Positions 9,199-19,053 of a stretch of 64,000 nt of DNA are shown here, piece by piece. Below the pieces are notes generated by a model that saw only the letters and a program-made list of their open reading frames with translations, was not told the DNA's origin and ran no database searches. This DNA is from Myxococcota bacterium. Lineage in GTDB: Bacteria > Myxococcota_A > UBA9160 > PR03. Position numbers and translations under genes: made by a program. Where the stretch lies: contig JBFIML010000004.1 in assembly GCA_041611735.1 (NCBI GenBank), positions 64,001 through 128,000 of the forward strand, read 5' to 3'. Every line of letters starts with the position of its first letter. Position 1 is the stretch's first letter.

Positions 9199-10052
9199 CG
9201 CAGGCGCCGTCGCGCTGCGTCGTCTGCGGCGACCGCCCCGAGCCGCGCCTGGACCTGCGTGCCTACCGCGTGCTGCGCTCGCCCGGCTGCGGACTCGAGT
9301 GGCGCGACCCCTTTCCCGACGAGTCCGAGCTGGCGGCGCTCTACGACTCCGGCTACTTCGCGCGCTGGGGCATCGACGGTCCCGAGGCGCTGGCGCCGGT
9401 GCGAGCCATGAAGCAGGCCTCCTTCCGGCACTTCCTGAGCCACCTGCCCCGGCAGGCGCGGCGCGGCCGCCTGTTGGACGTGGGCTGCGCCCTGGGCTTC
9501 GGCCTGCGCGCCGCGGGCGAAGCGGGCTTCGATGCCTGGGGCATCGACGTGAGCGCGGAGGCGATCGAACGCGCACGCCAGGAGTTCGGCGAACGCGTGG
9601 CGGTGGGCGCGCTCGGCCCGGACGTCCTCCCCGGACTGCGCTTCGATGTGATCACGCTGATCGACGTCCTCGAGCACCTGCCCGACCCGGCGGTCCTGCT
9701 CGCGGCGGCGCGGGGGCGCCTGGCCCCGGACGGCCGCATCCTGGCCGTGCTGCCCAACGCAGCCAGCGCCATGCGCTGGCTGCTCGGCCGGCGCTGGCCC
9801 CACTACGTACCCGAGCATCTGTTCCACTGGACCCCGGGGAGCCTGCGGCGCTTCCTGGCTTCCTCGGGCTGGCGCGTCGTCGAGCTCCGCACCGGCATCC
9901 GCAAGGTCTTCACGGCGCGCTACCTGGTCGCCTACCGGCGTCATCAGGGCCGCTGGATCCCTCCGGGCCTGGGGCTGCTGGGCGACCGGGTCCTGCGCGT
10001 CCCCACCGGCGAGATGCTGCTGGTGGCCACACCGGGCGGCGGAGGAGCCTGA
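9195..10052 (+). CDS. Class I SAM-dependent methyltransferase with N-terminal Zn-ribbon-like segment
   Basis: GTGA overlap with the GT9 stop. CVVC...SPGC; LLDVGCALG; FDVITLIDVLEHLPDP; PEHLFHW. Confidence 0.85.
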   Translation: MTQAPSRCVVCGDRPEPRLDLRAYRVLRSPGCGLEWRDPFPDESELAALYDSGYFARWGIDGPEALAPVRAMKQASFRHFLSHLPRQARRGRLLDVGCALGFGLRAAGEAGFDAWGIDVSAEAIERARQEFGERVAVGALGPDVLPGLRFDVITLIDVLEHLPDPAVLLAAARGRLAPDGRILAVLPNAASAMRWLLGRRWPHYVPEHLFHWTPGSLRRFLASSGWRVVELRTGIRKVFTARYLVAYRRHQGRWIPPGLGLLGDRVLRVPTGEMLLVATPGGGGA

Positions 10053-10070
10053 CTCAGGACGGGCCGCGCA

Positions 10071-12932
10071 TCAGCCGCCGGGATCCGCTTGCGCGGCCGC
10101 ACCCGGCCCCAGGGGCCCCACCCATGCCTCGGCGCGCACCCGGCCCGCAACGCAGCGACCGTTCTGGCTGCCCCCGTCCCGGCAGCGGCTCCAGAGGTCC
10201 GCCAGGACGGCGCGCTCGAAGGGCGCGCCGTGGTGGTAGTGGCTCACGTAGAGATCCGTGGCCTGCTGGGCGGCGAGCACGTCGAGCGGTGTGGCGTCGC
10301 CCGACGCGGGCCCGAGCAGCGCCGCCAGGGTCGCCAGGTGCGCGGGCGCCAGCAGCGGGCGAAGCTGGGCGTTGCGCTGGAGGCGCCCGAGCAGCCGGTC
10401 GCGCGCCGGGGACTCGGGCACCTGGCGGATCCAGCTCGCCACGAGCGTTGCGCACAGGTAGGGCATCTGCTTGCAGGCCTCCCCCACGATCTGCTCGTGC
10501 TCCGGGTCCGAGAGGCGGCCCCCGCGCTGCTCGGTCCAGCGCCGCAGCAGCGAGTTGCGCGCCCCCACCGCCGCCGCGGCGGGGCGCAGTGTCAGCGGCA
10601 GCGTCGCCGCCCGGCCGCGGAAGAAGGCATGCGCCGCGCGGTGGGCCAGGATCGGGTGGAAGATGCGGTGCACGTCGCCCTCGAAGCCGGCCGCCTGCAC
10701 CACACCGAGGGGCACCAGCTCGTGGGCCAGCAGCGCCGGGAAGCTCGCGATCCCCGCCCGGGCCAGGCCCGCCCGGATCGCCGGCTCCTGGGCGCGGCGC
10801 TGCAGCCGCTCCGGATCGAGGCTCGGCGGGCTCTCGAAGCCGAGCAGCAGCAGATCGGTCCCGAGCGTGTACCAGACGGCCACCTGGTCGAAGACCGAGG
10901 CGTAGGTGCGCAGGACCAGCTCCACCACGCTCGTGTCCGTCTCGTAGAGGTGGAACCACTGGGCGTAGACGCCGCCCGGGCGCAGGCGGTCGCGGGCCGC
11001 ACGCAGGAACTCCTGGCTGAACAGCATCTCGACGCCGGTCACCCAGGGGTTGCTCGGCTCCGAGGCGATCACGTCGTAGCGCTGGTCCGAGCGCAGCAGA
11101 GCCCGGTAGGCGTCGGAGACCACCACCTCGGTCTTGGGGTGGCCGAGGGCGCCGAGGTTCGCGTCCTCGAAGAAGCGCCCCGCCTCGATCACGCCCGGCG
11201 AGATCTCGGCCACCACCACCTTGCGCACCGAAGGCAGGGCGGCGAGCTCGCCCACGGTGACGCCGGTGCCGTAGCCGATCACGAAGGCCTGCTCCACCGG
11301 GTCGGCGAACAGCGCCGGCAGCAGCGCTGCCAGGGCCATGGTGGCGTAGTCGATCCGCACCGAGCCGTCGGCCTTGCCGTTGGTGAAGACCGCCACGTCG
11401 AACTGCCCGTCCGGGTAGCGGGTGCGCTGCACGGCCACCGAGTTGTTGGGGTCGTCGTCGTAGAACAGGACCTGGGTGGAGGTGCGGTAGTGGGAGAAGA
11501 AGGCCTCGGGACCCGCGTAGCTCGGCAGCTGGGGCTGGCGCATGCGGAACAGCCCCGAGGCCAGGCGCTCCGGCTGCCAGGCCGGGAGCAGCGCCAGGCC
11601 GAGCAGGCCCGGCACCAGCACGAAGGCAAGGGTCGCGCTGCGCGGCACCTCGAACAGCCGGATCGTGAGCAGGGTGGCGGCGACGATCACGGCGCCGACC
11701 CCGACCCGGTACACCTGGTGCAGATCCAGCCAGAAGAAGAGCAGGTAGCCGCCCAGCAGGGCGCCGAGCAGCGAGCCCACCGTGTTCCAGGCGTAGAGGC
11801 GGCCTGCCGCGTTGCCGAGGTCCCCGAACTCGCGGCGCAGCTGGTGGAAGAGCAGCGGGAGCATGGCGCCCGACAGCCCCACCGGGACGGCAAGCACCGC
11901 CAGGGCGGCACCGAAGACCAGCAGATGGAAGGGATAGAAGGCCGCGCCGTCGTCGCGGAACAGGCTGCGCAGGAGGTGGGCCCAGTAGGGCGCGTTCTGG
12001 AGCGCCGGGTAGAGCAGCAGCATGAGCCCCGCCAGGCTCCACAGGCTGCCGACCAGGAGCCCGGGCGGAATGCGCGGCAGCGCCGACACGGCGAAGGAGC
12101 CGAGCGCGATGCACAGCACGAAGACCGCCACCACCATGGAGAAGGTGAACTCGGAGGAGCCCAGGGAGAGGCCTCCGAGGCGGATCAGGACGGTCTGGAA
12201 GTCCATGGCCGCGAAGCCGACCAGCAGCGCCACCGCCGCGTAGACACCGAGCCGGAGCTGCGTGTGCTCCTGGACGCCGGTCCTCGGAAGCGCGCCCCGG
12301 CGCGTGCGGCCCAGGGCCACGAAGGCGGCGCCTGCCGCCAGGTTGATGGCGCCCATGGCCCACACCGCGCGCTCGAGCCCGAGCGCGGGCAGCAGCACGA
12401 AGCCCGCCGCCAGGGCTCCCGCAAAGGCGCCGGCGGTGTTGAAGCCGTAGACGAAGGCATGGAAGCGGGTGGCATCGGTCAGGCTGCGGGCCAGGGCCTG
12501 GGTCAGCACCGGGATCGTGCCGCCCATCAGCACCGTGGGCGGGAGGATCAGGAGCGCCGCCAGCGTCACGTCGAGCACGAAGCCCGGGCCGCCCACCTGG
12601 TGGGGGATCGCGAAGGAGAGCGCGCGCACGCCCCGGAACAGCAGCGGGAAGAGCAGCGCGTGGACGCCGATGCCGGCCTCCACGCAGCCGTAGAGCAGCA
12701 GCAGCGCCGGGGGCTCGCCGCGCCGGGCCGCGCGCTCCACCATCCCGCGCGTCACGCGCCCGAAGACGGCGTAGCCCAGGGAGAGCCCGCCCAGGAAGAG
12801 GGCCAGGACGGCGGCGGTGGCCTCGCTGTGGGAGCCGAGCAGCGTGGCCAGGTACTTCTGCCAGGCGACCTCGTAGACGAGCCCGCTGAAGCCCGTGAGC
12901 ACCGTGAGCGCCAGCGCAGCCGCCCGCACCAT
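10071..12932 (-). CDS. Fused MFS-like / spermidine-synthase-like protein
   Basis: TGFSGLVYEVAW, YGFNTAGA, YAWNTVGSLLG; TNGKADGS, IGYGTG, AEISP, SDAY, SEPSNPW, LFSQEF, YAQWFH. Confidence 0.88.
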   Translation of the reverse strand: MVRAAALALTVLTGFSGLVYEVAWQKYLATLLGSHSEATAAVLALFLGGLSLGYAVFGRVTRGMVERAARRGEPPALLLLYGCVEAGIGVHALLFPLLFRGVRALSFAIPHQVGGPGFVLDVTLAALLILPPTVLMGGTIPVLTQALARSLTDATRFHAFVYGFNTAGAFAGALAAGFVLLPALGLERAVWAMGAINLAAGAAFVALGRTRRGALPRTGVQEHTQLRLGVYAAVALLVGFAAMDFQTVLIRLGGLSLGSSEFTFSMVVAVFVLCIALGSFAVSALPRIPPGLLVGSLWSLAGLMLLLYPALQNAPYWAHLLRSLFRDDGAAFYPFHLLVFGAALAVLAVPVGLSGAMLPLLFHQLRREFGDLGNAAGRLYAWNTVGSLLGALLGGYLLFFWLDLHQVYRVGVGAVIVAATLLTIRLFEVPRSATLAFVLVPGLLGLALLPAWQPERLASGLFRMRQPQLPSYAGPEAFFSHYRTSTQVLFYDDDPNNSVAVQRTRYPDGQFDVAVFTNGKADGSVRIDYATMALAALLPALFADPVEQAFVIGYGTGVTVGELAALPSVRKVVVAEISPGVIEAGRFFEDANLGALGHPKTEVVVSDAYRALLRSDQRYDVIASEPSNPWVTGVEMLFSQEFLRAARDRLRPGGVYAQWFHLYETDTSVVELVLRTYASVFDQVAVWYTLGTDLLLLGFESPPSLDPERLQRRAQEPAIRAGLARAGIASFPALLAHELVPLGVVQAAGFEGDVHRIFHPILAHRAAHAFFRGRAATLPLTLRPAAAAVGARNSLLRRWTEQRGGRLSDPEHEQIVGEACKQMPYLCATLVASWIRQVPESPARDRLLGRLQRNAQLRPLLAPAHLATLAALLGPASGDATPLDVLAAQQATDLYVSHYHHGAPFERAVLADLWSRCRDGGSQNGRCVAGRVRAEAWVGPLGPGAAAQADPGG

Positions 12933-13044
12933 GCCGTCGGAAATCTCCCGCTTCCGCCCCCCTGGCGAGACGAACCGGGGAGTGTCGCGTGGCGTGCCGC
13001 ACCTTGCCAGCGCCCGTGGCGGAACCCAAGCTCTGGCCATCCCG

Positions 13045-14826
13045 ATGCGACGCTCCGACGCGATCCTGGCGGTAGGCGCGCTGGTCACGCTGGGGGTCAC
13101 GGCGGCCCTCTACGCCGGTCACCTGGACGGCCCCTTCTTCTACGACGACCACGTCTCGGTGGTGCGCAACCCGCGCATCGAGCGGCTGTGGCCCCCCACC
13201 TGGGCCTGGCACCAGGGCGAGAACCCGCTGGCCGCCCGTCCGCTGGCGGCCCTCACCCTCGCCCTGGACTTCTCCCTGCACGGCCGCTCGCCGCGCGGCT
13301 ACCGGATCGCGAATCTGCTGCTGCACGGCGCGAACGCCCTGCTCCTGCTCGGCGTGGCGCGACGGCTGCTGGGGCGTTGGCCGGCCCTGCGGATCTCCGA
13401 GGCGGAAGGGGCCGGGCTGGCCGTGGCCCTGGCCCTGCTCTGGGCCCTGCATCCGCTCCAGACCGATGCCGTGGTCTACGTGACGCAGCGGACGGAGCTC
13501 CTGGTGGCCTTCTTCTACCTGCTGACGCTGCAGGCTTCCCTGCGCGGCTTCGAGGCCGGCTCGCGGCGCGCCCGGCGCGGCTGGTTCGGGGTGGCGGCTC
13601 TGGCCTGCGCGCTGGGTGCGCTCAGCAAGGAGGTGATCGCCACGGCGCCGCTCCTGGTGCTGCTGGCGGACCGCGCCTTCGTCTCGTCCGCGTTCCGCAC
13701 CGCGCTGCGCCGGCACGCCGGCCTCTACGCGGGGCTCGCCGCCTGCTGGGTGATCGTCCTGGCCCTGCTGGTCACGGGCCCGCGCGCCGCCGCGGTCTCC
13801 CTGGGCCAGGACGTGTCGTCCCTGGACTACCTGCGCACCCAGGCGGGCGTGGTGGCCGAGTACGTGCGCCTGGCCGTGTGGCCCGACGGGCTGCGCATCT
13901 CCCACCCGCTGTGGACCGCGCGCAGCTGGAGCGACGTGCGCCCGGCGGGCTGGCTCGTGGCCGGCGGGTTCGCTGCGACGCTCTGGGCGTTGTGGCGCCA
14001 TCCGCGCCCAGGCTTCGTCGGGGCGTGGTTCTTCGGGATCCTGGCGCCGAGCTCGAGCTTCGTGCCCGTGGTGACGGAGATCGCGGCGCTGCGGCGCATG
14101 TACCTGCCCCTGGCCGCGTTGGCGGGCGCGACGGTGGTGGGGACGTTCGTTGCGCTGCGCGCGGCGGGGGAGCGGGCCGGCAGGCCCGGCGCCGGGCGCA
14201 GGGCGGCCATCGGTCTCGGCGCGGCCGCCGCCCTCGCCCTCGGCGCCCGCACGGCGGAGCGTCTTCCCGACTTTCGCAGCCGGGTCGCGCTCTGGAGCGC
14301 CGACCTGCGGGTCGATCCCGGGGACCCGGGCGCTGCCTTGAACCTGGCCGTGGCGCTGCTCGAGGAAGGAAGCGCCCACGAGGCGCTCGACTGGCTGGAA
14401 CGGGGCCGGGCTTCCCTGGCGCGCCTCGATCCGGACACGCGCACGGCGGTCCTGCGCGTCACGTCCCTCGACCTGATCGTGGCCGCCTACGACGGGCTCG
14501 GGCGCCCGGACCGGGCGCGCGACTTCCTGCGCGAGCTGGCGACCGCGTACCCGGACCACGCCCGGGTGCAACACGCCTACGGGCGCGCCTGCCTGCGGGC
14601 CGCGAGCCCGCAGCAGGCGCTCGGACCGCTGCGGCGGGCGGCGGAACTCGACCCGGGCGCCAGCGGACCCTGGCGGGACCTGGCCGACGCGGAGCTGCGC
14701 CTCGGCCGGCGGCCCCGGGCGATCGCAGCCCTGGACGAGGCGATCCGGCGTGCCCCGGAGCCGGAGCGGCGCGGGTTGCAGGCGCAGCGCGACGCCCTGG
14801 CCCGGGGCGCGGGGCCGAACCCGTGA
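13045..14826 (+). CDS. TMTC-like GT-C membrane protein with C-terminal TPRs (putative protein O-glycosyltransferase)
   Basis: FFYDD after TM1, RPL, NLLLHGAN, LHPLQTDAVVYVTQR, SKE, RRMYLP, then TPR helices. Confidence 0.75.
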   Translation: MRRSDAILAVGALVTLGVTAALYAGHLDGPFFYDDHVSVVRNPRIERLWPPTWAWHQGENPLAARPLAALTLALDFSLHGRSPRGYRIANLLLHGANALLLLGVARRLLGRWPALRISEAEGAGLAVALALLWALHPLQTDAVVYVTQRTELLVAFFYLLTLQASLRGFEAGSRRARRGWFGVAALACALGALSKEVIATAPLLVLLADRAFVSSAFRTALRRHAGLYAGLAACWVIVLALLVTGPRAAAVSLGQDVSSLDYLRTQAGVVAEYVRLAVWPDGLRISHPLWTARSWSDVRPAGWLVAGGFAATLWALWRHPRPGFVGAWFFGILAPSSSFVPVVTEIAALRRMYLPLAALAGATVVGTFVALRAAGERAGRPGAGRRAAIGLGAAAALALGARTAERLPDFRSRVALWSADLRVDPGDPGAALNLAVALLEEGSAHEALDWLERGRASLARLDPDTRTAVLRVTSLDLIVAAYDGLGRPDRARDFLRELATAYPDHARVQHAYGRACLRAASPQQALGPLRRAAELDPGASGPWRDLADAELRLGRRPRAIAALDEAIRRAPEPERRGLQAQRDALARGAGPNP

Positions 14827-15884
14827 GGCCGTCGCGGCGAGGGCTGCTGTTCGGCGCGCTGACCGCCGCCATCGCCCTGGGCCTGGCGGCAGCGGGTGCC
14901 GAGCTGGCCCTGCGCCTGGCGGGCTACGAGCCCTGGGCGCCGCTTCTCCTGCCTCCCGGCCAGCCCGTCATCTTCCAGCCGGACCCCGTGCTGGGCTGGC
15001 GGCACCGGGAGGGCGACTACCTCTTCCCGGCCTTCTCGCCCCGGGGCCAGGCGGTGCGCATGCGCTTCCTGGCCGACGGAAGCCGCGCGACCGGCGCTGC
15101 GCCCGGCGCCGGGGAGGGCCGCGTGCTCCTGGTGGGCGGCTCGTTCACCGAGGGCTTCGCGGTGTCCGACGAGGAGACCTTCGCCTGGAAGCTCCAGCAG
15201 CGCTTTCCGTCGCTCCGCTTCGCCAACCACGGAACCGGCGCCTACGGCACCCATCAGTCGCTGCTGCTGCTGGAGCAGCTGCTGGCGCAGGGCGAGCCGC
15301 CGGTGCTGGTGATCTACGGCTTCATGGAGGGGCACGACATCCGCAACGTGGCGACGGCCGAGTGGACGCGCATGCTGGCCCAGACGGCGCGCCGCCACCA
15401 GGCCGTGGCGGTGCCCCACGCGGACCTCGACGGCCAGGGCGCCGTGGTGCGCCGGCCCGCCGCGGCCTATCCGCTCTGGCCCCTGCGCGAGCGCTCGGCG
15501 GCGCTCGCGTTCCTCCAGCACGCCTGGGCCAGCTTCGCGGCGCGCTCCCGCAGCGCCGCCCGGCAGACCGTGACCGAGCAGCTCCTGTTGGAGATGCACG
15601 CCCTCTGCCAGCGCCACGGTACCCGGCTGCTGGTGGCCCTGCTCTACGCCAGCGACGCCAGGCGGCTGCGCACCGCCCAGTGGCTCGCCGCCCACGGGAT
15701 CGAGCTGGTGGACTGCTCGCATCCCCTCACGGCGGGCTTCTACGTGCCCGGCGACGGCCATCCGAACGACAGGCTCCATTCGGTCTGGGCCGCCTGCATC
15801 GCCCGGGGCCTGCGCCCGCGGCTCCAGGGCCGCGCGCCGCCCACCGCCCCGCCTACGGCCAGGCCGGCATCCAGTCGGCCATGA
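14823..15884 (+). CDS. Membrane-anchored SGNH/GDSL-family protein
   Basis: GTGA overlap. N-terminal TM ending ELALRL; PDPVLGW; VGGSFTEG; NHGTGAYG; DGHPN. Confidence 0.8.
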   Translation: MRPSRRGLLFGALTAAIALGLAAAGAELALRLAGYEPWAPLLLPPGQPVIFQPDPVLGWRHREGDYLFPAFSPRGQAVRMRFLADGSRATGAAPGAGEGRVLLVGGSFTEGFAVSDEETFAWKLQQRFPSLRFANHGTGAYGTHQSLLLLEQLLAQGEPPVLVIYGFMEGHDIRNVATAEWTRMLAQTARRHQAVAVPHADLDGQGAVVRRPAAAYPLWPLRERSAALAFLQHAWASFAARSRSAARQTVTEQLLLEMHALCQRHGTRLLVALLYASDARRLRTAQWLAAHGIELVDCSHPLTAGFYVPGDGHPNDRLHSVWAACIARGLRPRLQGRAPPTAPPTARPASSRP

Positions 15885-16932
15885 GGCCCGGCGTCTCGAA
15901 GCGGAGCCGGCCCTCCCGGTCGATCACCAGCAGCCGGGCATCCGCGTGCTTGGAGTCGCCGGGCTCGCGCTGGCGGGGCTCCGCCAGGATCACCAGCCAC
16001 TCGCCGTCGGGGGACCAGATCGGCGTGGCCTCCTCCACCTCCGGCGACCGGGTCAGGTTGCGCGGCTCCCCATCGGGCAGCTCCATCAGGAAGATGTCTC
16101 CGCTGCCGTCCCGATCGGAGACGAAGACGACCTCGTCGCGGGTGGGCGAGTGCTTGGCCGAGTGATCGTCGGCGCCGGGCAGGCTCGCGAAGAGCTCCAC
16201 CGGGCCGCCCTCGAGTCCGATGCGGGCCAGGTCGCCGGGTTCCTGCTGTCCGGCCCGCCGCGTGAAGATCACCGAGCGGCCGTCGGGGGTCGGAAAGGGC
16301 TTGGTGTCGAACACCTCGCCCGTGGTGAGGGGGCGCGGCGCGCGGCCCGGCGCGAGCACGTACAGGTGGGAGAGCGCGCCATCGCGCACACGACGCTGGG
16401 CCACCATGCGGCGGCCATCCGGCGTGAAGGACGGACGGAAGAAGAAGTCGCGCGGCCCCGCCTGGGCGACGAGGCGCACCGCGTGCGTGTTCACGTCGAG
16501 CAGAGCGATGCCCGACGCCTGCCAGCCCTGCCGGAAGGCGTAGGCCAGCTCGGGCGTCGTGGGAGACCACTCGGGCCAGCGCTCGTCGCGCCGGGGCGTG
16601 GGCGTCAAGGCGGTCTCCTGGCCGGTGGCCGGATCCCACAGGTGGAGGTCCGTGCGCAGGTCCGGGCCGTAGGGGCGCGCCTGGAAGACCACGCGCCGGG
16701 CGATGGGCGACCAGTAGGGCCAGCGCTCCTCGCGCCGGCGCGTGCGCACGATGCGGACCACGGCCCCGTCGGAGAGCCGGGCGCGGGCCAGGTCCGAGGC
16801 GCCGTCCGCCTCCTCGACCACGTACACGAGGCCCTCCGAGGCCGACCCCACGGTGCCAAGCCCGCCCTCGGAGCACGCCAGGACCAGGAGCGCCGCCAGC
16901 CCGGCCGCGCTCCCGCGGGCCGCGAGGGTCAG
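15853..16932 (-). CDS. TolB-like PD40-repeat beta-propeller lipoprotein (probable CTG start)
   Basis: Repeats PYWSP, PEWSP, PSFTPDG, PTPDG, HSPT, PIWSPDG. In-frame signal LAALLVLA-C lies upstream of the ORF-track GTG (16851). Confidence 0.75.
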   Translation of the reverse strand: MTLAARGSAAGLAALLVLACSEGGLGTVGSASEGLVYVVEEADGASDLARARLSDGAVVRIVRTRRREERWPYWSPIARRVVFQARPYGPDLRTDLHLWDPATGQETALTPTPRRDERWPEWSPTTPELAYAFRQGWQASGIALLDVNTHAVRLVAQAGPRDFFFRPSFTPDGRRMVAQRRVRDGALSHLYVLAPGRAPRPLTTGEVFDTKPFPTPDGRSVIFTRRAGQQEPGDLARIGLEGGPVELFASLPGADDHSAKHSPTRDEVVFVSDRDGSGDIFLMELPDGEPRNLTRSPEVEEATPIWSPDGEWLVILAEPRQREPGDSKHADARLLVIDREGRLRFETPGLMADWMPAWP

Positions 16933-18908
16933 GGGCGGCTCCCGCGCAGGTCTTCGTAGGCCCGGCGCAGCTCGGCGGAGGCCGGTGTCCGGTCCAGGGC
17001 CCGGGAGAGCAGCAGCTCGGCGCGGCTGCGGCGCCCGGCCCGGATCTCCGCCGCCGCCAGGCGCAGGGCCGCCTCCGGACGCAGCACCATCTCCTCAGCA
17101 AGCTGGCCGAGGAGCGGGCCGGCTGGCTCGCCGGCCTCGATGCGCAGGGCCGCCAGACGCCACAGGGCCTCCGGGCTCGCGCCGCGGCGCTCCGTGGCAC
17201 GCGCATAGAGCGCAGCGGCCTCGTCGAGCCGACCGCGCGCCTCGGCCACCCGACCGAGGCCCACGAGCGAATCCGCGGCGGCCTCGTCCAGCTCCTGGGC
17301 GGTCTGGAAGGCCCGGGCCGCCTCGTCGAGACGTCCCGCATCGAGGAGCGCCTCACCGAGGGCCACGTGCGCACCGGTCGACTGGGGCACCAGCGCCAGG
17401 GCCGCCCGGGCAGAGCGCTCCGCCAGGGCGGGCTTGCCCGCCCGCAGGGCCACCTCCGCGCGATGCAGCTCCAGGAGGAAGCCGCCACCCTCCAGGGGTT
17501 CGAGCAGCGCCAGTGCGTCGTGGGGGCGGTCCTCGGCGACGAGGCCGATGGCGTCCAGGAGTGCCTGCGCCAGGCCGAGGCCGTCCTTGGGATCGAAACC
17601 GCCGACCCGTCCGAGCTCGCCCTGCACCGCCGCGGCCCCGCCCACCACGTAGCCGAGCGCCTCCAGGCGTCCGCGCATCTCGGAGTCCGGCGCCAGGGTG
17701 GACACCACGGGGCGGGCCCCGCGCAGGAACGCGTCGAGGGCCGCGTCGAGCTCGGCCACCACTTCGGGTCGCTGGGCGGCCAGGTCGTGGGCCTCCTGGG
17801 CGTCCGCCACCAGGTCGTAGAGCTCCGGACGCGGAGCCCGGATGTACTTGAAGCTCCCGGAGCGTACGCCCAGCAGCGGGCTCCAGCCGAAGTCGAGCTG
17901 GGGGGAGAGGGTCTCCAGATAGGCCAGGCGCTCCGGCGCCCGGGCACCGTTCAGCGTCTCGCGCAGGTCCCTTCCGTCGATCCCCGGCAACGGGTCCAGG
18001 CGCGCCAGGGCCAGGATGGTGGGCGCCACGTCCAGCAGCCGCACGAGGGACTCGACCACCCGGCCCCGGGGCAGGCCGGCTCCCGCCAGCAGCAGCGGGA
18101 TGCGCTGGGTGGCGTCGTAGAGCGTGAGCGAATGGCTGAGCTCGCCATGCTCGCCCAGGCTCTCGCCGTGGTCGCTGGTCACCACCACCAGCGTCCGCTC
18201 CGGGTCCCCGCGCGAGCGCACGGCCCGGAGCAGGCGGCCGAGCTCCGCGTCCGCGAAGGCGATCTCCCCGGCGTAGGGATGGGTGGGGAAGCGCGCCTGG
18301 TACTCGCGCGGCGGGCGATAGCTCCCGTGCGGATCGTATAGGTGCAGCCACAGGAAGAAGCGCTCCGGCGCCACCCGCAGCCAGGCCAGGGCGGCGTCCA
18401 CCACCTGATTGGCGGTGCGCTCGGAGAACCCGAAGCGGCCCGCGCTGCGACGCGGCGCCATGTGGTCGTCGTAGATGTCGAAGCCCCGCGCCAGCCCGTA
18501 CTGGCGATCGAGCACCACGGCGCCCACGAACGCGGCCGTGGCCCAGCCTGCCGCGTGCAGGCGCTCGGCCAGCACGGGCACGTCCTCGTCGAGCCGGAAG
18601 GTCGAGTTGTTGCGCGCGCCGTGATGGGGCGGCGCCAGACCGGTCATGAGCGAGCTGTGGGAGGGAAGCGTGAGCGGCGTCGGGGCGATGGCCGTCTCGA
18701 AGCGGACCCCCTCGGCGGCGATCCCGTCCAGGGTCGGCGTCGCCACCCAGCTCGAGCCGTAGCAGCCCACGTGATCGGCTCGCAGCGTATCGATGGTGAC
18801 CAGGACGATGCGCTCCGGCACGGGCGCGCCGCCGCAGGCCAGGCCGAGGAGTCCGGCCAGCAGCACGCCGACGCGCCGCAGACGCTGGGGGGAGCTGCAT
18901 CCGGGCAT
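16929..18908 (-). CDS. Sulfatase-fold (alkaline phosphatase superfamily) lipoprotein with C-terminal TPRs
   Basis: Lipobox LGLA-C; TIDTLRAD; PLTLPSH; HLYDPH; SDHGE; ELYDL; LEALGYV followed by TPRs. Confidence 0.85.
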   Translation of the reverse strand: MPGCSSPQRLRRVGVLLAGLLGLACGGAPVPERIVLVTIDTLRADHVGCYGSSWVATPTLDGIAAEGVRFETAIAPTPLTLPSHSSLMTGLAPPHHGARNNSTFRLDEDVPVLAERLHAAGWATAAFVGAVVLDRQYGLARGFDIYDDHMAPRRSAGRFGFSERTANQVVDAALAWLRVAPERFFLWLHLYDPHGSYRPPREYQARFPTHPYAGEIAFADAELGRLLRAVRSRGDPERTLVVVTSDHGESLGEHGELSHSLTLYDATQRIPLLLAGAGLPRGRVVESLVRLLDVAPTILALARLDPLPGIDGRDLRETLNGARAPERLAYLETLSPQLDFGWSPLLGVRSGSFKYIRAPRPELYDLVADAQEAHDLAAQRPEVVAELDAALDAFLRGARPVVSTLAPDSEMRGRLEALGYVVGGAAAVQGELGRVGGFDPKDGLGLAQALLDAIGLVAEDRPHDALALLEPLEGGGFLLELHRAEVALRAGKPALAERSARAALALVPQSTGAHVALGEALLDAGRLDEAARAFQTAQELDEAAADSLVGLGRVAEARGRLDEAAALYARATERRGASPEALWRLAALRIEAGEPAGPLLGQLAEEMVLRPEAALRLAAAEIRAGRRSRAELLLSRALDRTPASAELRRAYEDLRGSRP

Positions 18909-18982
18909 GGCGCCCAACCGTAGCGCGCAGCCCGGGCTTTCTCCGTTGCAGGCCGCCCCGCGGACCGCGAGAGGATCGAAAG

Positions 18983-18996
18983 GGAAAGAGTTTTCC
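18983..18996. promoter_or_regulatory. Candidate enhancer-binding-protein site GGAAA-GAGT-TTTCC
   Basis: Palindrome 110 bp upstream of the -24 GG. The same motif sits at nearly the same distance upstream of the paralogous gene. Confidence 0.55.
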
Positions 18997-19053
18997 GTTC
19001 CGAGGGCACGCGGACATCCACCCGTCCCCCAGACCGAGAAATAAAATGAATAG

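Noticed and set aside
10054-14574. 1506-aa minus-strand ORF and similar long R/G/P/A-rich ORFs (e.g. 1801-5208, 22995-26906, 42620-45946)
   Set aside because: Low-complexity translations with no motifs that overlap well-supported genes.
10089-15884. 1931-aa plus-strand ORF
   Set aside because: Only 14823-15884 (SGNH) is protein-like. The rest is antisense or off-frame shadow of real genes in stop-poor GC-rich DNA.
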